31,979 bases of DNA from Actinomycetota bacterium (GTDB taxonomy: Bacteria; Actinomycetota; CADDZG01; WHSQ01). Below the pieces are notes generated by a model. The model saw only the letters and a program-made list of their open reading frames with translations. It ran no database searches and was not told the DNA's origin. Every line of letters starts with the position of its first letter. The stretch's first letter is position 1. Location of the stretch: the NCBI GenBank assembly GCA_046262955.1, contig JBHELU010000284.1, positions 1 to 31,979 of the forward strand, given 5' to 3'. Made by a program: the position numbers and the translations under genes. Of this stretch, positions 24,830 through 31,979 are shown piece by piece.

Positions 24830-26359
24830 TCAGTGGCGGAAATGCCTTCGCCCAGTGAAAACCATAGGGATGCCGTGCTCGTCGGCAGCAGCGATGACTT
24901 CTTCGTCACGCACCGAGCCACCCGGCTGAATCACTGCGATCGCGCCGGCCTCGACCGCCGCGTCCAATCCATCGCGGAACGGGAAGTACGCGTCCGACGC
25001 GCACACGGAACCCTTCGCGCGCTGTCGAGCTCGGCGCGCGGCCAGCTCCGTCGACTCGACCCGGCTCATCTGGCCCGCACCGACACCGACGGCCATTCGG
25101 TTCTTGGCCAGCACAACGGCATTCGATTTCACGTGCTTAGCGATGACCCACGCGAACCGGAGGTCGCGCCACTGTTCGTCGGTGGGTTGTGTCTCGGTTA
25201 CGACCTTTGCAGCTTCCAACTCGTCGGGAGGATCCGGCCACTGGACGAGCAGCCCTCCGGAGACGCGCCTGAGGTCGAACTCGGGAAGCGGATATTCCGG
25301 CATCGTCAGTACGCGCACGTTTTTCTTTAGCTTCAGATGTTCGAGGGCGTCCTTTTCGTAACGGGGTGCCAGCACGACTTCCGTGAATATCTTTCCGATC
25401 TCTTGCGCTGTTGCCAGGTCGCACGGCTCGTTCAGGGCAACGATGCCCCCGAACGCAGAGGTTGGATCGCACTCGAGAGCCTTGACGTATGCATCGGTGA
25501 TCGACGTGCTGATAGCCGCTCCACACGGATTCGAATGTTTGACGATTGCGACGGCCGGATGCTCGAGCTCGCGGGCCAGCTTCCACGCAGCGTCGGAATC
25601 CAAAAGGTTGTTGTAGGAGAGCTCCTTGCCGTGCAGCTGCTCGGCGTCGGCGAGGCCGGTTGTCGGACCGGCATTCCGATAGAACGCCGCGCGCTGATGT
25701 GGGTTCTCGCCGTAACGGAGATCCATGACCTTCACGGCCCCCAGTACAAAACGGTCGGGCAACGCGTTGTCGCGAGTGAAGAAACCGGCAATGGCGGCGT
25801 CGTATGCAGCCGTGTGCTCGAATGCGAGAACCGCAAGCCGGCGACGGTTGGCTTCGGACACCTCGCCCGTCGAACGGATCTCGTCGAGGACTTCGGCGTA
25901 GCGAGCCGGATCGACTACCACCGCAACCGAATGGAAGTTCTTTGCGGCCGCTCGGACCATGGCCGGCCCCCCGATGTCTATCTGCTCGACGGCATCAGCC
26001 TCTTTCACGCTGGGATGCGCCACCGCATGCTCGAAGGGATAAAGGTTGCAAACGACCAGGTCGATCGGCTCGATCCCCTGCTGAGTGAGCTGTTCCATGT
26101 GATCGGGATTCTTTCGATCCGCAAGGATCCCGCCGTGGATCTTGGGGTGCAGCGTTTTCACGCGGCCTCCGAGGATCTCGGGCGCCCCGGTAACGGCGGC
26201 CACCTTGGTGACCTCGATGCCGGCATCCGCCAGAGCCGCCGCCGTGCCACCCGACGAGACGATCGTGACCCCTCGTTCGCGCAGGCCTCGAGCTAGGTCG
26301 ACCACACCGGTCTTGTCGGAGACGCTTATCAGAGCTCGGGAGACCTTCACGGCGGGCAT
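24830..26359 (-). CDS. purH: Bifunctional AICAR transformylase / IMP cyclohydrolase
   Basis: [59 protein letters not shown] and FTGRRHFRH. Confidence 0.98.
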   Translation of the reverse strand: MPAVKVSRALISVSDKTGVVDLARGLRERGVTIVSSGGTAAALADAGIEVTKVAAVTGAPEILGGRVKTLHPKIHGGILADRKNPDHMEQLTQQGIEPIDLVVCNLYPFEHAVAHPSVKEADAVEQIDIGGPAMVRAAAKNFHSVAVVVDPARYAEVLDEIRSTGEVSEANRRRLAVLAFEHTAAYDAAIAGFFTRDNALPDRFVLGAVKVMDLRYGENPHQRAAFYRNAGPTTGLADAEQLHGKELSYNNLLDSDAAWKLARELEHPAVAIVKHSNPCGAAISTSITDAYVKALECDPTSAFGGIVALNEPCDLATAQEIGKIFTEVVLAPRYEKDALEHLKLKKNVRVLTMPEYPLPEFDLRRVSGGLLVQWPDPPDELEAAKVVTETQPTDEQWRDLRFAWVIAKHVKSNAVVLAKNRMAVGVGAGQMSRVESTELAARRARQRAKGSVCASDAYFPFRDGLDAAVEAGAIAVIQPGGSVRDEEVIAAADEHGIPMVFTGRRHFRH

Positions 26360-26360
26360 C

Positions 26361-26972
26361 CTAACTAGAGCCGGAAAAGACGACCCGGCCCCCATCAAGC
26401 CGAGCACTTCCTTCGATCACGAGCTTGCACGCCTCCGGCAACAACTGATGCTCGACGGCTTTGATCCGTTCGTGCAATTCGGATTCCGAGACGCCGGGCG
26501 AGATCTCGACGGCGGCTTGAGCAACTATCGGCCCGTGATCGACCTCGTTGTCGATGAAATGAACGGTTGAGCCGGTAACGCGCGCACCGAAGTCGAGCGT
26601 GTCGCGCACCGCATGAGCGCCCGGGAACGACGGCAACAGAGACGGATGAAGGTTTATCAATCGCCCGGCAAACGCGTCGACGAAAACGGGAGCAAGGATG
26701 CGCATAAATCCTGCGGAAACAACGAGATCGGGTTGTAGGGACTCAACGGCATCTTTCAGTGCCCCGCTCCACTCGTCGCGCGAAGCGAAGTCGCCGGGTT
26801 CGAGCACCACCGTCTCTGTTCCCGCTTCGCGAGCGGCCTCGACCCCATCGCATGGACGGTCGGCGACCACGGCGGCGACACGCCCGGGCACCTCACCTCG
26901 CTCACAGGCTGCTACCAGCGCCAGCATGTTGGAGCCGGTGCCTGAGATCAGAACGACTAGGCGAGCAGTCAC
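26361..26972 (-). CDS. purN: Phosphoribosylglycinamide formyltransferase
   Basis: VLISGTGSN, AGFMRIL, INLHPSLLPSFPG and GSTVHF..EVDHGPI. GTG 26972 overlaps the esterase stop (GTGA). Confidence 0.97.
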   Translation of the reverse strand: MTARLVVLISGTGSNMLALVAACERGEVPGRVAAVVADRPCDGVEAAREAGTETVVLEPGDFASRDEWSGALKDAVESLQPDLVVSAGFMRILAPVFVDAFAGRLINLHPSLLPSFPGAHAVRDTLDFGARVTGSTVHFIDNEVDHGPIVAQAAVEISPGVSESELHERIKAVEHQLLPEACKLVIEGSARLDGGRVVFSGSS

Positions 26973-28024
26973 GATTCCAGCGCATAGGCAAGTGCACCGA
27001 CCGCCTTCGGGTAGCGGAATTGAATGCCCGCGTGCGTGCCCTCGAACAGCTCGAGGGTGTGCTCGATGCCGGCTTTGGTCAGCTCCTTGGAGAACGCTTG
27101 CGCGCCGAGGTCCAGGTAGTAATCGTCGGCTCTCCCCGCATCGATGTAGATGAGTCGCATGGACCGAAGGGCGTCCAGATGATCTGGAACCATCCGGACC
27201 GGATCCCACGCCAGCCACCGCTGCCACACGTCGTCGATGAGCCGCCCGGAGTCGATCTCGAAGGGAAGGTCGATCGTCGTCGGATCTTGATTATTGGGCG
27301 AATAGCACGCGGCCATCGCATAAGCGTTCAAAGGAGCGTCCATCACGTCCCAGTCGATGTGGTCGGCCGTCCTGAACGACTTGAAGAAATTCTCGTAGCT
27401 TCCGTCGAACTTGTCGCGCAACGTACGCGCGGTGGCACGAAAATCATGCATGTAGCAAACCTCGAACAGCGCGTCGCCCGCGTGGGTTGCCAGTGCACCG
27501 AAGACATCTGGTCGCAACATCGGAACGACCATGGCTCCATAACCGCCGCTGGATTTCCCGGTGAGCGCGCGGCTCTCTCTGTCGGGAATCGTTGGATAGC
27601 GCGAATCCACGAAAGCAGTCACCTCGTCACATAGGTAGTCCATGTAACGACCGGTTCCGGTTGAATTTATGAACTGCGATCCGCCGTAGCTTGTCCACGC
27701 GTCGACGAAAACGACGATCGCGGGCGGCACGTCACCCTGGGAAAAGAGGCCATCGATCCGTTCGACGACGGTTGGCTCGAAGGGGGCGCGGTTGAGCCAC
27801 ATGTCGAGCTGGCCGGTCATCCCCTGGATCAGATAGATAGACGGGTACTTCTGCGCCGATGACTCGTCGACCCCGCGCGGCAGATAGACGTACAGCGGAC
27901 GTGTCGCCGGATCTCGCAATGGGTTGTCGCGGAGTATCTCGGACTCGATCGTCAGCACGTCGAAGCGCCCGCGGTAGCTCCGAGCGTAAGGGGGGCCGGG
28001 CGGCCCTGCTACTTCTCTCAGCAT
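26969..28024 (-). CDS. Alpha/beta-hydrolase, putative esterase family (enterochelin esterase / S-formylglutathione hydrolase-like)
   Basis: LYVYLP, YPSIYLIQG, nucleophile elbow LTGKSSGGYGA, YIDAG..DDY and LFEGTH. ATG 28024 has a GAGG RBS. Confidence 0.88.
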   Translation of the reverse strand: MLREVAGPPGPPYARSYRGRFDVLTIESEILRDNPLRDPATRPLYVYLPRGVDESSAQKYPSIYLIQGMTGQLDMWLNRAPFEPTVVERIDGLFSQGDVPPAIVVFVDAWTSYGGSQFINSTGTGRYMDYLCDEVTAFVDSRYPTIPDRESRALTGKSSGGYGAMVVPMLRPDVFGALATHAGDALFEVCYMHDFRATARTLRDKFDGSYENFFKSFRTADHIDWDVMDAPLNAYAMAACYSPNNQDPTTIDLPFEIDSGRLIDDVWQRWLAWDPVRMVPDHLDALRSMRLIYIDAGRADDYYLDLGAQAFSKELTKAGIEHTLELFEGTHAGIQFRYPKAVGALAYALES

Positions 28025-28043
28025 TTGTGCCTCGGCACTAGCC

Positions 28044-28916
28044 CTAGCGGAGCCCCGCGACGAGCTCGGCAACCTCTGTCGGATTACGGCCGACCTTGAT
28101 CCCAACCGCTTCGAGAGCCTCTGCCTTTGCCTGAGCAGTTCCTTTTGATCCGGAGATGATGGCTCCGGCGTGCCCCATCCTCTTTCCTTCGGGGGCCGTG
28201 AACCCTGCTATGTAGGCAACGATCGGCTTGGTCATGTTCTCCTTCGCCCACGCCGCTGCACGCTCTTCCGCGTCTCCGCCGATCTCACCGACCAGGACGA
28301 CGATCTCTGTCACGGGGTCGGCTTCGAACAGCGTCAGCACGTCGATGAAGTCCGAGCCGGGGATGGGGTCGCCTCCGATCCCCACGCACGTCGATTGACC
28401 GATGTCGCGCTGCGTTAGCTCGTGAACGATCTGGTACGTGAGCGTGCCCGAGCGCGACACGAGTCCGACGGGGCCGGGAAGGCATATCTCGCCGGGGATG
28501 ATGCCCACGTTCGCCTTGCCCGGCGAGATCAAGCCGGGGCAGTTCGGGCCGATCAGCGTGGTCGAGCGTCGCGGATTGCGCAGATACGGCACCACGCGGG
28601 CCATGTCCATCGCGGGGATGTTTTCGGTGATCGCGACGATGACGTCGATACCGGCGTCGTAAGACTCGAGGATCGCGTCGGCCGCGAAGCGAGGGGGCAC
28701 GAACACCATGGCGGTATTAGCCCGGGTCTTCGAAACGGCTTCGGCAACTGTGTCGAAGACCGGCACGCCGTCGACGTCTGAGCCACCTTTGCCGGGAGTC
28801 ACGCCGGCCACCACATCCGTTCCGTAGGAGCGGTTGCGGCCTGCGTGGAACGAGCCCTCTCTCCCGGTCAACCCCTGGACAACGAGACGTGTGCGATCGT
28901 CGATCAGGATCGACAT
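28044..28916 (-). CDS. sucD: Succinyl-CoA synthetase alpha subunit
   Basis: [35 protein letters not shown] and GKRMGHAGA (phospho-His). Confidence 0.98.
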   Translation of the reverse strand: MSILIDDRTRLVVQGLTGREGSFHAGRNRSYGTDVVAGVTPGKGGSDVDGVPVFDTVAEAVSKTRANTAMVFVPPRFAADAILESYDAGIDVIVAITENIPAMDMARVVPYLRNPRRSTTLIGPNCPGLISPGKANVGIIPGEICLPGPVGLVSRSGTLTYQIVHELTQRDIGQSTCVGIGGDPIPGSDFIDVLTLFEADPVTEIVVLVGEIGGDAEERAAAWAKENMTKPIVAYIAGFTAPEGKRMGHAGAIISGSKGTAQAKAEALEAVGIKVGRNPTEVAELVAGLR

Positions 28917-30067
28917 CAGCGCATCCCTTCCTTAGCCAGCGCCACGGCACGTTCGGCCGCGCCGAGCATCGTGTCTTCGCTGACGAGCATCGGATGTGGC
29001 GCGTCGGCAAGCATCTTGCGGCCTTGCTCTGCGTTCGTCCCATCGAGGCGCACGACGATAGGAACCTTCACGTCCAAGCGACCCAGTGCGTCGATGATCC
29101 CCTCTGCGACCAAATCTCCCCTCGTGATCCCACCGAAGATGTTGATGAGAACGCTCTTTACCTCCGGGTTCGACGTGATCACCTCGAGCGCAGTGGACAG
29201 GACGTCTGCCCCCGCGCCGCCGCCGACGTCGAGGAAATTCGCAGGCGCGCCTCCGGCAGCCTTTACTACGTCGAGCGTCGACATGACGAGACCCGCGCCG
29301 TTACCGATGATCCCGACATCACCGTCAAGCTTGATGAAGTTCAAGCCCTTCTCTTTAGCGATGCGCTCTTGCTCGGGGACTTCATGGACGGATTTCAGCT
29401 CGTCGAAGTTGGGGTGTCTGTAAGCGGCCGAATCGTCGAGCGAAACTTTGGCGTCTAGCGCGACCACGCGTCCATCGCCCGTTAGGACCAGTGGGTTCAC
29501 TTCGACGAGAGACGCATCCAGATCGACGAAAGCTCTGTAGAGCTTCGGCAACAGCGCGATCGCTTCGGTTCGCGCCTCGGCATCTAGCGCGGCGCCGAAG
29601 ACCAAGTCGCGAGCGTGGAAATCCGAGATCCCGAGGAGTGGATCGATATGAACCTGGGCGATCGCATCTGGATCGGTCTCTGCAACCTCTTCGATCTCGA
29701 CACCGCCCTTCGCGCTCATCATCCCCAGGAAGTCGCGTCGCGAACGATCGAGCAAGAACGAGCAGTAGTACTCGGCTTTGATGTCCCCGGCGCGCTCGAC
29801 AAGCACCCGTTTGACGGTGTGCCCTTTGATGTCCATGCCCAAGATCTGGGACGCGACCTCGCGAGCTTCATCTGGAGAAGTCGCAAGCTTGATACCGCCC
29901 GCTTTCCCGCGGCCCCCGACCTGAACCTGCGCTTTGACTACAACCCGGCTACCGAGTCCGCTCGCCGCTTCCGCAGCCTCGTCTGCCGTTGAGGCGACGC
30001 GACCCTCGGGGACCGGCACTCCGAACTTGCGCAGCAGCTCTTTGCCCTGATATTCGAAGAGATCCAC
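28916..30067 (-). CDS. sucC: Succinyl-CoA synthetase beta subunit
   Basis: [52 protein letters not shown] and VRLDGTN. Confidence 0.98.
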   Translation of the reverse strand: MDLFEYQGKELLRKFGVPVPEGRVASTADEAAEAASGLGSRVVVKAQVQVGGRGKAGGIKLATSPDEAREVASQILGMDIKGHTVKRVLVERAGDIKAEYYCSFLLDRSRRDFLGMMSAKGGVEIEEVAETDPDAIAQVHIDPLLGISDFHARDLVFGAALDAEARTEAIALLPKLYRAFVDLDASLVEVNPLVLTGDGRVVALDAKVSLDDSAAYRHPNFDELKSVHEVPEQERIAKEKGLNFIKLDGDVGIIGNGAGLVMSTLDVVKAAGGAPANFLDVGGGAGADVLSTALEVITSNPEVKSVLINIFGGITRGDLVAEGIIDALGRLDVKVPIVVRLDGTNAEQGRKMLADAPHPMLVSEDTMLGAAERAVALAKEGMR

Positions 30068-30078
30068 GGAACCTTCCC

Positions 30079-30501
30079 CTATGCGCTTTGTTGCGCCTTA
30101 GGCGCAACGTGGTCGTTAACCCAGTCGACGATCGTCTTGGTCGTCGTGCCGGGAGTGAATATCTCTTTGATGCCCGCTTCTTTGAGCTTTGGGATGTCGG
30201 AGTCGGGGATGATGCCGCCGCCGAATACGACGATGTCGTCTCCTCCCTGCTCGCGTATCAGCTCGACGATCTTGGGGAACAAGGTCATGTGGGCTCCGGA
30301 AAGAACGCTCAACCCGACGGCGTCGACGTCTTCCTGGATGGCAGCCGCCGCTATCTGATCGGGCGTTTGATGGAGACCCGTGTAGATGACCTCGAATCCG
30401 GCATCACGAAGGGCGCGTGCCACTACTTTGATCCCCCTGTCGTGCCCGTCGAGGCCGGGCTTCGCCACCAATATGCGAGGGCGTCCTGAAGTCACAGTCA
30501 C
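30079..30501 (-). CDS. Stand-alone cobalamin-binding subunit of methylmalonyl-CoA mutase family
   Basis: [11 protein letters not shown] (DxHxxG), GLSVLSGAH and GGGIIP. Confidence 0.94.
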   Translation of the reverse strand: MTVTSGRPRILVAKPGLDGHDRGIKVVARALRDAGFEVIYTGLHQTPDQIAAAAIQEDVDAVGLSVLSGAHMTLFPKIVELIREQGGDDIVVFGGGIIPDSDIPKLKEAGIKEIFTPGTTTKTIVDWVNDHVAPKAQQSA

Positions 30502-30583
30502 TTAACTCCGTCGAGGATTGTGTTGCTACGGTTTGCGCGATGAACCCAACCGAGACTAGCAGCTAGGGCGACAGGACCCGCCT

Positions 30584-31979
30584 GTGACAGAAGCCAAAGA
30601 GGTCGAAACCGCGCTGTATGACGAGGGCTCGTTTCGCCCGGTCGACGGCCCTACGTCGCAGGATCCCCTCGCCTATCCCGGCTATCTCGACGACCTCGGT
30701 GCCGCGGGAGAACGCGCCGGAACCGACGAGTCCGTCGTTGCCGGACCCGCGCGCGTCGGCGGATACGACGTCGAGCTTGCACAGTTCGTTTTTCCGTTCA
30801 TGGGCGGGAGCATGGGCGAAGCGTCGGGCGAGCGACTTGCACTAGCGCTCGAACGCGCAGCCGATCGCAAGGTGCCGATGGTCCTCAGAACGGAAACGGG
30901 CGGCGCGCGCATGCAGGAGGGGATGCGCTCACTGGTGCAGATGCCGAAAATCTTGGCAGTTCGACGAGCGCTATCCGCTGCAGCACAACCGTTGATCGCG
31001 ATCCTCGGTAATCCAACCACCGGCGGCGTGCTCGCATCGATCGCGGCGGACGCCGACGTCGCCGTTGCGGAAGCCGGCGCAACGGTTGGATTTGCCGGGC
31101 CTCGCGTGGTCGCCCGAGCAACGGGAAGCCCTCCTCCGGCGGACTCGCACACGGCGCGCGCTGCCTTCGACAACGGGCTCGTCGACATGGTCGTGGCTTC
31201 CGACGGGATCCGCGACTACGTAGCACGGGCACTCAGGACGCTGGCCCCCGATACACCCGATCCCGTCGAACCTCCTGATTCGCTTTCGAAGGACGAAGCA
31301 AAGCGTGACGCCGCGGAAGCAGTGAAGACGTTGAGATCGTCACCTCCTCCGCGCGCGCCTCACCTGACCGTGGCGATGAGCGATTCGAGCATTCAGCTGC
31401 GCGGGGATCGAGCCGGCACTCAAGACCCCGCTCTGGTGACTTCTCTCGAGAGAGTGGCCGGACGCAGAGCTTTGGTGATGGCACTCGACTCGAAGTTCGC
31501 TCCCGGACCCGGTGCCTACCGCAAGGCGCGGCGCTGTCTCGCGATCGCTCAACGATTACAGATCCCCGTAGTGACGATCGTCGACACCGAGGGGGCCGAC
31601 CCGTCACCCCGATCTGAGGCAGGTGGGATCGCGTGGGAGATATCGAGCCTCACTCAAGACATGCTGGGAGCGGAGGTTCCGACATTGGCGATCGTCACCG
31701 GGCACGGCGGAAGTGGCGGGGCGCTCGCGTTCGCAGCGACCGATGTGCTGCTTGCTTACGAAGGGGCCGTCTTCTCGGTGATCGCGGTGGACCTTGCAGC
31801 AGAGATCCTGTGGCGCGATGCGAGCCGCTCGGCCGAAGCAGCGCGGCTCTTGGATCCCACCGCTAGGCGGCTCGTCGAACTCGGGATCGCCGATGGCCTA
31901 CTTGCCGAGCCGGTGTCGGCCGAATCACTAAGACGGGCAGTCGCCTATCATCTCGACGTTTTGTCGAAGCGCCCCGTGA
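30584..31979 (+). CDS. accD: Fused acyl-CoA carboxylase carboxyltransferase (AccD-like beta plus AccA-like alpha), partial at the window end
   Basis: Absent from the ORF track because no stop occurs before 31979. Manual translation from GTG 30584 is open throughout: DPLAYPGY, FMGGSMG, TGGARMQEG, PTTGGV.AS, GFAGPRVV, then YRKARR, IVDTEGA and GHGGSGGALA. Confidence 0.9.
   Translation, partial: MTEAKEVETALYDEGSFRPVDGPTSQDPLAYPGYLDDLGAAGERAGTDESVVAGPARVGGYDVELAQFVFPFMGGSMGEASGERLALALERAADRKVPMVLRTETGGARMQEGMRSLVQMPKILAVRRALSAAAQPLIAILGNPTTGGVLASIAADADVAVAEAGATVGFAGPRVVARATGSPPPADSHTARAAFDNGLVDMVVASDGIRDYVARALRTLAPDTPDPVEPPDSLSKDEAKRDAAEAVKTLRSSPPPRAPHLTVAMSDSSIQLRGDRAGTQDPALVTSLERVAGRRALVMALDSKFAPGPGAYRKARRCLAIAQRLQIPVVTIVDTEGADPSPRSEAGGIAWEISSLTQDMLGAEVPTLAIVTGHGGSGGALAFAATDVLLAYEGAVFSVIAVDLAAEILWRDASRSAEAARLLDPTARRLVELGIADGLLAEPVSAESLRRAVAYHLDVLSKRPV

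Noticed and set aside
25337-26296. 319-aa plus-strand ORF, and similar ORFs at 26759-27634, 12313-13320 and 5948-6736
   Set aside because: All lie antisense to well-supported genes and lack motifs or RBSs.
1-31979. tRNA, rRNA, transposase, integrase or prophage genes
   Set aside because: No cloverleaf, rRNA-like or recombinase/transposase signatures were recognised. Nearly all sequence is explained by the listed genes, though small RNAs cannot be excluded without covariance searches.

Overview
GC-rich window (roughly two-thirds GC by eye), probably from an actinobacterium: the sucC-sucD-X-purN-purH-folD order near mdh/icd, an LPXTG protein and DUF4012 point that way (inference). Left edge: the end of an unknown gene and an acyl-CoA synthetase. 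1.6-18.5 kb: an apparently complete surface-polysaccharide locus with frequently alternating gene orientation. It holds a priming sugar transferase, 2 GT2, 2 GT4, an O-antigen ligase/Wzy-like protein, a fused Wzz/Wzc tyrosine kinase, 2 CE4 deacetylases, a CelD/BcsL-type GNAT, a secreted GH-A hydrolase, a DUF4012 protein, a tiny LPFTG-anchored protein and a DUF4388/MshEN-like/LMW-PTP fusion split by one in-frame TAG. A clear c-di-GMP-I riboswitch overlaps the RBS of the hydrolase. 18.8-32 kb: central metabolism (mdh, icd, citrate synthase, folD, purH, purN, an esterase, sucD, sucC, a B12-binding mutase subunit, a fused carboxyltransferase running off the window end) plus an ECF sigma/anti-sigma pair. 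Most promising hypotheses, all untested: (i) the locus is under two-tier c-di-GMP control, through the riboswitch and an MshEN-like tyrosine phosphatase; (ii) its glycan is attached by the LCP-like DUF4012 protein to a sortase-anchored Ser/Thr-rich microprotein. No tRNA, rRNA, CRISPR array or mobile element was recognised. No database searches were run; family calls rest on motifs recognised by eye.
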